Positions 46,513 through 55,498 of a stretch of 64,000 nt of DNA are shown here, piece after piece. The stretch is from NCBI GenBank assembly GCA_023666145.1, contig JAMPCO010000001.1, positions 16,579 through 80,578 of the forward strand, written 5' to 3'. How positions within the stretch are numbered: the stretch's first letter is position 1; each line of letters opens with the position of its first letter. Source of the stretch: Prevotella sp. GTDB lineage: Bacteria; Bacillota; Clostridia; Christensenellales; UBA1242. A model generated the notes under the pieces. That model ran no database searches. It saw only the letters and a list, made by a program, of their open reading frames with translations, and was not told where the DNA came from. Both the position numbers and the translations under genes were made by a program.

Positions 46513-47393
46513 CCGTTACCAATTTAGAGAAAGCCGATAACAAAAAAATACTGATGACCAACGTTAATTTAACTTTACACGAAGGTGAGATTTTAGCGTT
46601 GGTTGGCGAACACAAAAGTGGAAAAAGTTTGTTAGCAAAATTGATCTTGACTTTAAGTCATAAAACCAAAGGTAAGATTGAAATTTCTGCCAACAAATAC
46701 ATTGGCGCTTTTATTCCACACGAACAATTGATGCCGAATATCACGGTACAGACTGCCATCAAAGATTATTGTAAATTACATGACCGCGGATACAACAGTC
46801 GCAATGTCAAAAATATCTTAGCATTGTTTAATTTAAGAAATCGGCTGAACCACAAAATTGACCAACTTGTTACTAGTGAATGCGACCTTTTGAAAATTGC
46901 AATGCCATTGATTTTACGAACAGACATTTTAATTTTAGACAATCCTTTTATGAATTTATCCGCCAAACAAGCCAAAGATTTGCGAGTTTTATTAAAAAAG
47001 ATTAGTAAAGAACTTAAAACAGCAATTTTGATTACCGCATTAAAAATGGCAGAAATTGAGGAGTTTTGTGATACGATTGCCATCATCGATGACGGCGTGA
47101 TTATTTGCAAACAATCATATAATGCGATGATTGCCCGCGAACTCGACCAAGCGAAATTAGGCATAACGGTTGCTGAACCCAATTATGCCGCCAAAGTGAT
47201 TGAAGATTCTTTTCATGTACCTGCACGTTTATGCGGCGACCAAGTCATTGTTAATTTGAAACCTGAACACGTCCAAGCCGTTGTTAACGCTTTAATTAAA
47301 GCACATATTACCGTTATCAGCGCACAACGTGTTTTCCGTTCGTTGGAACACCAATATTGGGATTTAATAAACAAACAAAAAAAATATTACTAA
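46506..47393 (+). CDS. ABC-type nucleotide-binding protein with degenerate catalytic motifs
   Basis: Walker A GEHKSGKS is present. The signature position reads LVTSE, Walker B is ILILDNP (Asn for Glu), the D-loop is NLS and the H-loop position is ITAL. The start overlaps the PadR stop (ATGTTAA) and follows SD AAGAGGAG. Confidence 0.7.
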   Translation: MLTVTNLEKADNKKILMTNVNLTLHEGEILALVGEHKSGKSLLAKLILTLSHKTKGKIEISANKYIGAFIPHEQLMPNITVQTAIKDYCKLHDRGYNSRNVKNILALFNLRNRLNHKIDQLVTSECDLLKIAMPLILRTDILILDNPFMNLSAKQAKDLRVLLKKISKELKTAILITALKMAEIEEFCDTIAIIDDGVIICKQSYNAMIARELDQAKLGITVAEPNYAAKVIEDSFHVPARLCGDQVIVNLKPEHVQAVVNALIKAHITVISAQRVFRSLEHQYWDLINKQKKYY

Positions 47394-48262
47394 TCTTGTA
47401 CCCAAGTCGTTTGGTCACGCCAACCTTCACGTACTAAAACATAAGTGCGTAACATCACGTGTTGTCCTAGCAATTTTTCCAATTTTTGCCGTGCGTCAAT
47501 GCCAATTGAGCGAATTAAACGCCCTTGATTACCAATCACAATTTTTTTATGATTTGGTTTATCGCAAATGATATTGGCGTCAATGTTAACTGTCCGTTGC
47601 ACAATTTCAAATTTTGTGATTACGACTTTGATGCCAGTCGGAACTTCGTCATGCAATTTATTAATAATCGCTTCACGAATGGCTTCCGTTGCCATATTAC
47701 GTTCAGTACTGTCGGTGTACATTGAATCGTCGTAAATCGCATCACCTTCGGGCAAATATTTTTCTAAACAATCAACCAGTGTTTTTAAGCCAATTTTTTT
47801 ATGTGCCGAAATGGGAATAAATTCTTTCACAAATTGATACCCTTTTAATTGCTCCAAAATTTGAAAAAGTTTTACTTGGGGTACACTGTCAATTTTTGAT
47901 ACGACAACAATCACTGGAACACCAAAATCTTCGTAATTGGCCAACTTAGTTAAATTTTTGGGGGTAACATGATTAACATCTAGCACGAAACAAATTACAT
48001 CAGCAGTCTTGACCGCACCAGAAATCATGCGATTCATTTTGTGTTCCAACAAGTTTGTTGCCCGTTGCATTCCAGGGGTATCGATGATAATAATTTGTGC
48101 TTGCGCGGTATTCAAGATTCCCCGAATCGCATCTCTGGTCGTACCTGCCATAGGTGCTGTTATCGCGACCTGACAACCAACCAAAGCATTCACCAATGAA
48201 CTTTTCCCGGTATTGGGTTCACCTAACAATGCGACAGTACCACATTTGTGTGTTGGATTCAT
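47390..48262 (-). CDS. era: GTPase Era
   Basis: G1 GEPNTGKSS, DTPG, SKID and a C-terminal KH domain. Confidence 0.85.
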   Translation of the reverse strand: MNPTHKCGTVALLGEPNTGKSSLVNALVGCQVAITAPMAGTTRDAIRGILNTAQAQIIIIDTPGMQRATNLLEHKMNRMISGAVKTADVICFVLDVNHVTPKNLTKLANYEDFGVPVIVVVSKIDSVPQVKLFQILEQLKGYQFVKEFIPISAHKKIGLKTLVDCLEKYLPEGDAIYDDSMYTDSTERNMATEAIREAIINKLHDEVPTGIKVVITKFEIVQRTVNIDANIICDKPNHKKIVIGNQGRLIRSIGIDARQKLEKLLGQHVMLRTYVLVREGWRDQTTWVQD

Positions 48263-48687
48263 GCGTCGTTTTGGTCTCCATCACTTACCGCAGGCGGAAA
48301 TAAATAAATGGCGCCCAAACTATCAATCACTTCATAAGTTTGGTCGTTCGCTACAATAATTTTGATGTCACCATTAAATTCGCACAAGTACTGCCTTGTT
48401 GTTGCGTTGGGATAGATTAGATGATTTTTGGAATAAAAGCACATCGCTAACATTTGGTTGTAACCTTCACTGATGGCTTTGGCAATGGCAGTATCGCCCG
48501 CCCCAAAAGATGGAGCAGCATAGTCACCTGTTTCAATATTGCAACCGCCTAAAATGATATTATCACTGCACAGCAACGCTGCCCCCACCGCAACCCCAGA
48601 GTACGGACAATATGCGTTGTCGGCATACGACTTTGCTGTGTCAATTAACCGCGCGATAATTTCTTTACTTAACATGAAATCCATCAA
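48259..48687 (-). CDS. cdd: Cytidine-deaminase homolog lacking the zinc ligands and catalytic Glu
   Basis: Collinear with homotetrameric Cdd and sits in the conserved ybeY-cdd-era position. CAE is GAG and PCGACRQ is PNATTRQ. Confidence 0.7.
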   Translation of the reverse strand: MMDFMLSKEIIARLIDTAKSYADNAYCPYSGVAVGAALLCSDNIILGGCNIETGDYAAPSFGAGDTAIAKAISEGYNQMLAMCFYSKNHLIYPNATTRQYLCEFNGDIKIIVANDQTYEVIDSLGAIYLFPPAVSDGDQNDA

Positions 48688-49094
48688 GATAATAATGCCA
48701 TAATTTTACGTTGTAGTCCAAGCATTTTTACTTCATCTGCGGAATCTAAATGGTCATAACCAAATAAGTGTAAAGTACCATGGACCTGTAAAAAAATAAT
48801 TTCATGTGCCAAACTATGTCCAATTGCTTTGGCTTGACGGCGTGCGACCGAGCGACAAATCAAGACGTCACCCATAAAACGACGCTTGGTTTCGGGATTA
48901 AAATCTCCGTCAGGGAATGACAGCACATCGGTAACTTTATCGACTTGACGAAATTTTTGATTTAACTGACGAATCTGATGCGGAGTAATAAACGCGTAAT
49001 TGACTTCTACCGTCTTAGGGTCGACTTGCAAAATTTGACAAACTGCATTTAAGACATCCATAAAATTTACGTCAGTATAACCTAAATAATCCAA
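48684..49094 (-). CDS. ybeY: rRNA maturation endoribonuclease YbeY
   Basis: The HGTLHLFGYDH motif is present. Confidence 0.9.
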   Translation of the reverse strand: MDYLGYTDVNFMDVLNAVCQILQVDPKTVEVNYAFITPHQIRQLNQKFRQVDKVTDVLSFPDGDFNPETKRRFMGDVLICRSVARRQAKAIGHSLAHEIIFLQVHGTLHLFGYDHLDSADEVKMLGLQRKIMALLS

Positions 49095-49819
49095 ATTTCC
49101 AACCGAGTAATTTGGTCACCATTGACAAACGCTACTTCGCCCGTTACAACCACACTGTGGGGATAGGCATCCGCAACCAATAAATCGCCTTTTTTGACTA
49201 CATCGCCCGCTGTAACCAAAGCCGTGCCGCTATACGCAGTGACTTCCTTGATAACAGCATCATATTGCGCATAAAAATTGGTTTTTGATTTTTGTTTTTG
49301 ATTATTGACGGCAACTAAATTTACCACCAAGGTATTGCCTGCAACACGTACATTTGCATGGGCAATGTTATCAAAATTACTAACTAAATCGGTGGCCAAA
49401 TCCAAATGCTGTAATTGATTTTTCCACATGAATTTCTTTACGCCCAAATCATTTAAGTACTGATAAACGGCTGGTGCTAAACTATCATCATCGCACTGGA
49501 CTTGCACGTCATAAATTCCCATGTCAGAAATTAAAAAAACTGCCAAGGACACAATGATGGAAGTTACTAAGACTAAATGATTTAACAAGAAATTTATACC
49601 ACGAAATAAATTATAATTTTCTTGCATCTGATATTCAAAATTACTCACTAATTTTTTAATGGCAGATGCATGAATCAACGGAGCAAAAAAAGTGATTGTT
49701 TCTCCGTCCGTGCGGATTCGCGTAATATAATAATTACGCAATTTATTCAGACAAGAAATTGGTAGCCCTTGCACCCGAAATTCGACTTGTCCGACTAAGA
49801 ATTTTTTAATGCGCGACAT
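49082..49819 (-). CDS. yqfD: Sporulation protein YqfD (short, 245 aa)
   Basis: N-terminal GQVEFRVQG pattern, a single TM, and a position downstream of yqfC. Confidence 0.65.
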   Translation of the reverse strand: MSRIKKFLVGQVEFRVQGLPISCLNKLRNYYITRIRTDGETITFFAPLIHASAIKKLVSNFEYQMQENYNLFRGINFLLNHLVLVTSIIVSLAVFLISDMGIYDVQVQCDDDSLAPAVYQYLNDLGVKKFMWKNQLQHLDLATDLVSNFDNIAHANVRVAGNTLVVNLVAVNNQKQKSKTNFYAQYDAVIKEVTAYSGTALVTAGDVVKKGDLLVADAYPHSVVVTGEVAFVNGDQITRLEIWII

Positions 49820-50021
49820 TGGTTAATACCCCATTGATTTTACCGACAATGGTGATTTCATTTTCGTCAAAACGTTGTATGACTAAATTTTTACCGTTGA
49901 CTTCGATTAACCCGCCTTTCACACGTACGATAATTTTATCTGTGGCAAAATCCATTAAAGACATAACTCCACCAACCACAACATCTTGATCTTGGTTTTG
50001 GTGGATAAAAAAATCTTTCAC
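49806..50021 (-). CDS. yqfC: Sporulation protein YqfC (YabP family)
   Basis: 71 aa with the YabP/YqfC pattern DKIIVRVKGGLIEVNGKNLVIQRFDENEITIVGKI. Confidence 0.7.
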   Translation of the reverse strand: MKDFFIHQNQDQDVVVGGVMSLMDFATDKIIVRVKGGLIEVNGKNLVIQRFDENEITIVGKINGVLTNVAH

Positions 50022-50027
50022 ATCTAT

Positions 50028-50495
50028 TTATAATGGCTTTTGGTCATCAATATTACTTAAAGCCATGATTCGTTTATAATCTTCACGTGTAAATGATAAT
50101 GGTTCATCGGCAGTATTGTCCGCAGTTTCGTCATCGCCAAAATTAAAACTACGGTAGTTTTTGCTTTGTAAGTATTTTGCGATATGACTTTCTTTGTTGA
50201 TATGATTTTCAATTTGTAAACGTGCAGTTCCAGAGTTATCCGCACTTTTTAACATTTCATTCAAATCGTCAGCCAATTCGCTGTTATAAATCTTCATTAC
50301 AGGCGGTGTTTGATTGACTACGGTCGGTTCTGCGGTCGGTTTCGCGATTGGTGTTTTCTTTGGTCCTTGATTTTTGGGGGCGGCTTTTTTCGTGCTGCCA
50401 CCTTTTAACATCCGATCCAAAACCGCAAACAAAACCACAACAATAATGAGAAAAATCATCAACACAACAATAAAACCAACTAAATAGTTTGTCAT
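50028..50495 (-). CDS. Single-pass membrane protein with a K/P-rich linker (YqfB-position)
   Basis: N-terminal TM, SD AAGGAGG, and a position downstream of floA as in Bacillus. Confidence 0.5.
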   Translation of the reverse strand: MTNYLVGFIVVLMIFLIIVVVLFAVLDRMLKGGSTKKAAPKNQGPKKTPIAKPTAEPTVVNQTPPVMKIYNSELADDLNEMLKSADNSGTARLQIENHINKESHIAKYLQSKNYRSFNFGDDETADNTADEPLSFTREDYKRIMALSNIDDQKPL

Positions 50496-50506
50496 GGTTC
50501 CTCCTT

Positions 50507-51574
50507 TTATTGCAATTTTGTTTTCTTTTTGGGTGGGTTCAATGTCGGTGTCAACATATCTGAATTTGCATTACCGCTCAGTGATTTACGCATTAAAGTA
50601 TCACTTTGCATATTTTCCATTTTCATGTAATCTTTCACGTCAATGTTGCCATATTTTAAGGCACCAGCCAAAGCCTTGGGGACTTCAGATTCCGCCGCCA
50701 CAACACGCGCGCGCATTTCTTGGGTCAAAGCACGCATTTCTTGTTCGGCGGCTACTGCTTCGGCACGACGTTTTTCCGCATCGGCCTGACTAATGTATTT
50801 GACCGCTTCTGCTTTGTCGATCTCTAATTCTGCTCCAACATTACGACCGACTTTCATGTCAACAATATCCAAGGACAAAATATCAAACGCCGTATCGGCA
50901 GCCAAATCTTTATTTGACATAATCGTTTTCGTAATTAAATTTGGGCGTTCTAAGATTTCGTTATGTGTATTAGCATTACCAATAATGGTCATGGCACCCT
51001 CGCTGATACGTGCAATGATGGTTTCTTCCAAAGCCCCACCGATAATGCGTTTCAAATTAACACGCAACGTGGCTTTAACACTGACGGATACTTCAATTCC
51101 GTTTTTTGCCATGGCAGTAATGTTGTTGATTTGAATAATTTGCGGCATGATACAGTGTTTCACCGCATCATTGATATCACGCCCCGAAAGGTCTACGGCA
51201 ATCGCGGTTTTCAAATCCAAATCTTTCAAATTGGCACTCGAAGCGGCAATCAAAGCGTTAATCACCAATTCGATGTTACCGTGTGCCTGCAAGTGGTTTT
51301 CAATTTGCGTAATTGAAATATCAACACCAGCCTTCTTAGCCTTAATATAATTATTCACGATACTGCGCGCATCGAGTTTTTTTACCGTCATTGAAATCAA
51401 TTCCGCAATCGAAACATGCGCACCCGAAATCAAGGCACGCACCCATAAGACCATGTTAAAAACCGAACAAAAGGTAATAATGGCAATGACAACCAACAAA
51501 ACGATAATCCAAGGTAAAAAATTCATCACAATAAGATACCACATACTTTTTGCAATGTCTAGATTAGTTATCAA
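50507..51574 (-). CDS. floA: Flotillin-like protein FloA (UPF0365/YqfA)
   Basis: Similar to Bacillus FloA over its full length: NALIAA, AIDLSGRD, EQEMRA. The start may be a downstream ATG. Confidence 0.85.
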   Translation of the reverse strand: MITNLDIAKSMWYLIVMNFLPWIIVLLVVIAIITFCSVFNMVLWVRALISGAHVSIAELISMTVKKLDARSIVNNYIKAKKAGVDISITQIENHLQAHGNIELVINALIAASSANLKDLDLKTAIAVDLSGRDINDAVKHCIMPQIIQINNITAMAKNGIEVSVSVKATLRVNLKRIIGGALEETIIARISEGAMTIIGNANTHNEILERPNLITKTIMSNKDLAADTAFDILSLDIVDMKVGRNVGAELEIDKAEAVKYISQADAEKRRAEAVAAEQEMRALTQEMRARVVAAESEVPKALAGALKYGNIDVKDYMKMENMQSDTLMRKSLSGNANSDMLTPTLNPPKKKTKLQ

Positions 51575-52286
51575 TTTTGTTAAATTCTTTTTTTAGACGG
51601 GTTAAAATTTTTTTCTCTAAGCGCGAAATGTAAGATTGTGAAATTTCCAACATGTTCGCAACTTCTTTTTGCGTACGTTCCTTGCCACCACCCAAACCAA
51701 AACGTAATTGCATAATTTCTTGTTCGCGAATTGACAATTTATCAACCGCTAACCACAACAAGTTTTTTTCGACTTTCATATCAAGTTCATCGTCTACGTT
51801 ATTCGTCGTTGTACACAAAACGTCGCCTAAACGAATTTCGGTACCATCACTATCGGCGTTAATGGCTTCGTCCATCGAAACATCACTGCGTGTCTTTTGT
51901 ACTTTACGAAGATACATTAAAATTTCATTTTCAATACAACGACTGCTGTACGTGGCTAACTTAATATTTTTATCATATTTGAAACTATTAACAGCCTTAA
52001 TTAACCCGATTGAACCGATACTAATTAAATCTTCAATATCAATACCCGTATTTTCAAATTTTTTGGCAATATAAACAACTAAACGCAAATTATGTGAAAT
52101 CAATTTTTGACGTGTTTCAGGTTTACCTTGATCCAATTCTTGCAATAATAATTCTTCTTCGGCTTTGGGCAAAGGGCGTTCCAAAGCCTCTGTACCATTG
52201 ACGAAAAAAATTCCCGTATCATCCCAAGTGTCATCCGCGGCTTCAATTTGTCTAAACAACGCCACTGCTTTTGCAATTAAATTCAT
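51564..52286 (-). CDS. sigE: Sporulation sigma factor SigE (pro-sigma-E)
   Basis: [34 protein letters not shown] and [12 protein letters not shown] motifs, an N-terminal pro-sequence, and a position directly downstream of spoIIGA. Confidence 0.85.
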   Translation of the reverse strand: MNLIAKAVALFRQIEAADDTWDDTGIFFVNGTEALERPLPKAEEELLLQELDQGKPETRQKLISHNLRLVVYIAKKFENTGIDIEDLISIGSIGLIKAVNSFKYDKNIKLATYSSRCIENEILMYLRKVQKTRSDVSMDEAINADSDGTEIRLGDVLCTTTNNVDDELDMKVEKNLLWLAVDKLSIREQEIMQLRFGLGGGKERTQKEVANMLEISQSYISRLEKKILTRLKKEFNKIDN

Positions 52287-52795
52287 AATACACCCCCTAA
52301 TTTTATGTTTAAGATGGCATCATACTTTTGATTACCAAAATTTTGAGTGCTGACACCAAGTAAACTACTCACCGTTGTCCCGTTGATTTGCATTTTGTCG
52401 GGAGAAAAGACAAATACCTGGCCTTTACCATTTACAGTTTGGCAATCAATATAATGTCCGCCAGTCACACAATTTTCCAATTCATGCAATAAAATTTGAT
52501 CCGCCGATACTTGTGGAAACATTTGCAAAAAAACGGCTAAGGAAATCATCGAAACTGGCGTTTGCGATACAGGGTCAACTAAGGCGTTACCCGAGTCTAA
52601 TAATGCATTAACACGGAAGCATTTTCCCCCGTATTCAATTATCGTTCGATGCAAAAATTTTTGTCGACGGCGCCAATACAATAATTTTTGGATTATGATG
52701 TAAAACAGTAGCACTACAATGACCAACACGTATTTGCTGTTAAAAGCATACATTGCCGAACCAAAGGCAAATGCAAAAGTTAAAATTGCCGCCAT
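52283..52795 (-). CDS. spoIIGA: Sigma-E processing aspartic peptidase SpoIIGA, minimal form (170 aa)
   Basis: Active-site context [17 protein letters not shown]. Only two N-terminal TM helices. Overlaps the sigE start. Confidence 0.7.
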   Translation of the reverse strand: MAAILTFAFAFGSAMYAFNSKYVLVIVVLLFYIIIQKLLYWRRRQKFLHRTIIEYGGKCFRVNALLDSGNALVDPVSQTPVSMISLAVFLQMFPQVSADQILLHELENCVTGGHYIDCQTVNGKGQVFVFSPDKMQINGTTVSSLLGVSTQNFGNQKYDAILNIKLGGVL

Positions 52796-52914
52796 GACAT
52801 TAAGATAAATATGTTTGCAGTGGCGGATTTATGCTAATCAAATCAAAATATGTAAGATGATGACGAAGGAAAAAAGTAATGGGAAATTTTCTAAATTTAT
52901 GTTAAAAAAGATTA

Positions 52915-53883
52915 ATGAAATACGTTACCGAACGCGACATTTATAACACTGATCAATTAAATCGCATCTTGATCAATTTACCGACTTTTTGTAACGCTTT
53001 TTTCCTTGGTGTGGAGCAAACAACATCACCCCTGACCCGCTTAGGTTATGCCCGTGATTTGGAAATTTTTTTCAATTATCTTATAACCGAAACCGAAAAA
53101 TTTCACACTTACAAAATTGCTGATTTCGAAAAATCCGATTTAGACAAAATTACGATTGATGACATGGAACTTTATATGTCGTTTTTAACCCATTACCGCA
53201 AAAACGACCGTGATTATTTGAATGGGGAACGTGGCAAAATGCGGAAAATGGCGACTTTGCGTTCTTTCTTCAAATATTTTTACCGCCGCGGTGATTTGAA
53301 AGAAAACATCATGACCAAAATTGATTTACCGAAAATTCATGAAAAAAGTATTATCCGCTTGTCAGATGAAGAAGTTACGAAAATGGTTGCGGCGTCCGCC
53401 AAAAATTCACGCGACGAAATGATCATCAGTTTGTTTTTATTATCTGGGATTCGGGTCAGTGAATTGGTCGGTTTAGATTACCAAGACATTGATTTGGAAA
53501 ATAAAACATTTTTAATCACGCGCAAGGGTGGAAAACAAACCATACTCCACATGGGGCAACAACTGCATGATAAATTTGTTGATTATTTGGCTTTGGGCGA
53601 ATGGACGCCAACAACACCATTATTTACGAAATGCGGACACCGTTTATCCGTAAGAGCGATTGAAAACATCGTTAAAAAATATGCGACTATCGCTGCCCCC
53701 TTAAAAAAAATCAGCCCTCATAAATTACGTTCAACTTACGGTACTAACCTCTACAAAGCAACGAATGACATTTATGTTGTTGCCGACGTTCTGGGTCATA
53801 AAGATATTAACACAACTAAAAAACATTACGCCGCAATCAGCGATGATATTCGTATCAAAGCCGCTGATATGGTGAAATTGTAA
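52915..53883 (+). CDS. Tyrosine recombinase (XerC/XerD-like)
   Basis: R (GIRVSEL), HKLRST, LGHKD and KKHY catalytic residues, with an N-terminal SAM-like domain. Confidence 0.8.
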   Translation: MKYVTERDIYNTDQLNRILINLPTFCNAFFLGVEQTTSPLTRLGYARDLEIFFNYLITETEKFHTYKIADFEKSDLDKITIDDMELYMSFLTHYRKNDRDYLNGERGKMRKMATLRSFFKYFYRRGDLKENIMTKIDLPKIHEKSIIRLSDEEVTKMVAASAKNSRDEMIISLFLLSGIRVSELVGLDYQDIDLENKTFLITRKGGKQTILHMGQQLHDKFVDYLALGEWTPTTPLFTKCGHRLSVRAIENIVKKYATIAAPLKKISPHKLRSTYGTNLYKATNDIYVVADVLGHKDINTTKKHYAAISDDIRIKAADMVKL

Positions 53884-53884
53884 A

Positions 53885-54454
53885 TCATTTCTTAATCGTT
53901 TCGTCTAAATAACTGCTACTGATATCGGCAAGGAACATCATTAAACTTAATGGAAATTTTTTGAAGGCATCCGACAAAGCAAAACTACCACCCATGTTAC
54001 GTGCATCATACGGCCCCATATGCCAGTTAATCGCCATTGCTTCTTCGCGTGTTAATTTGATAAAACCTGAAATAATGTAAACCGACTTTTCACCATGTCC
54101 GTACGGTAACTGGTCGTCGACAGTGTAATAAGGCTCTTTAACCCACTCGCCTTCGCGTTTTACATTGCGATAATCAACTTTGTAAGTGTTTGCTTTACAA
54201 ACATCATGCAACAAAGCGATAACGGCCATGCTTTCTTCGCTGACGGAAATTTGTTCCGCCGCAACATTTTTTTTCAAACGGTGATAAACTTTGACAGAAT
54301 GGTCGACCAAACCACCATCAAAATTATTGTGAAATTTTGTCGATGCTGGACAAGTAAAAAAATCCGTACTTTCCAACCATTGCAGCAATTTATCTGCCCC
54401 TTCTCGTTTGATATTTTTCCGGTAAATTTCAATAAATTCTTCCTTTGCGTTCAT
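53885..54454 (-). CDS. HD-domain phosphohydrolase
   Basis: H...HD pattern (VDHSVKV, LLHDVCK). Confidence 0.7.
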   Translation of the reverse strand: MNAKEEFIEIYRKNIKREGADKLLQWLESTDFFTCPASTKFHNNFDGGLVDHSVKVYHRLKKNVAAEQISVSEESMAVIALLHDVCKANTYKVDYRNVKREGEWVKEPYYTVDDQLPYGHGEKSVYIISGFIKLTREEAMAINWHMGPYDARNMGGSFALSDAFKKFPLSLMMFLADISSSYLDETIKK

Positions 54455-54463
54455 GAAACCAGT

Positions 54464-55498
54464 TTACTGCAAAAACATACAATCGCCAAACGAATAGAAA
54501 CGAAATTGATTTTGTTTGGCAATTTCGTAAAGTTCTAACGCTTTTTCGCGCCCAATAAATGCTGCCACTAACATTAACAACGTTGATTTTGGCAAATGGA
54601 AATTTGTAATTAACGCCGACACGACTTTGAATTGGTATGGTGGATAAATAAAGATGTCCGTTACGTCTGTGATGGCTTGAATGGCCCCATATTTGGCGTA
54701 ACAGCCTTCAAGCGCTCGTAGGCTGGTCGTACCAGTAGCAATAATCCTACGCCCATCACGTAAAGCATCATTGATGATTTTAGCCGTTGCTGCAGGAATC
54801 TGATAGCGTTCTTGGTGCATAACATGACGTGAAATATCATCAACTTTAACGGGGCGAAATGTACCCAAGCCGACATCTAAAACAACGGGGGCAAAAATAA
54901 CACCCTTCGCGCGTGCCGCCGCCATTAGTTCGGTCGTCCAATGTAAGCCTGCGGTCGGGGCCGCCGCACTGCCGTCAACTTTAGCATAAACAGTATTATA
55001 ATTTTCTTTGGTTGCGTGTCCATTTTGAATATAATGTGGTAACGGAATTTCGCCAACCTCATCAATTACTGCTTCCAAATTTTGTTCACCACCAACACAA
55101 TTTAATTGCATCACAGCGGTACCCGTCACAAGGTCTTTGCTAATCAAAGTCGCCTGCAACTTTTCGGCAAAATCGACCACATCGCCGATTTTCAAACGAC
55201 GCATCGGTTTGACCAAAACTTCATAATTGGTTAAATTGATTTTTTTTAGTAACAAAATTTCAATTTGAGCACCTGTTGCTTTTTTGCCCAACAGACGTGC
55301 AGGGATGACCCGTGTTTCGTTAATCACTACCACATCACCGCGACGCAATAAAGATAAAATCTCTTGGAACTGAGTGATTTCTGTTCGTGTCGATTGGCGG
55401 TCATAAACCAACATTTTGCATTGATCGCGTGGCTCAATCGGTGCCGACGCAATCATACTATTTGGTAATTCATAATCGTAATCAGACAAAGATGCCAC
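54464..55498 (-). CDS. queA: S-adenosylmethionine:tRNA ribosyltransferase-isomerase
   Basis: DYDYELP, RVIPARL and FRFYSFGD motifs. A GTG start (MASLSDYDYELP) is preferred over the upstream TTG. Confidence 0.85.
   Translation of the reverse strand: MASLSDYDYELPNSMIASAPIEPRDQCKMLVYDRQSTRTEITQFQEILSLLRRGDVVVINETRVIPARLLGKKATGAQIEILLLKKINLTNYEVLVKPMRRLKIGDVVDFAEKLQATLISKDLVTGTAVMQLNCVGGEQNLEAVIDEVGEIPLPHYIQNGHATKENYNTVYAKVDGSAAAPTAGLHWTTELMAAARAKGVIFAPVVLDVGLGTFRPVKVDDISRHVMHQERYQIPAATAKIINDALRDGRRIIATGTTSLRALEGCYAKYGAIQAITDVTDIFIYPPYQFKVVSALITNFHLPKSTLLMLVAAFIGREKALELYEIAKQNQFRFYSFGDCMFLQ

Noticed and set aside
52915-53883. Tyrosine recombinase as the boundary of a mobile element
   Set aside because: Both flanks are core genes (spoIIGA-sigE on one side, the HD protein and queA on the other). 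No att-like direct repeats or cargo genes were seen. A XerC/D-type chromosomal recombinase is more likely.
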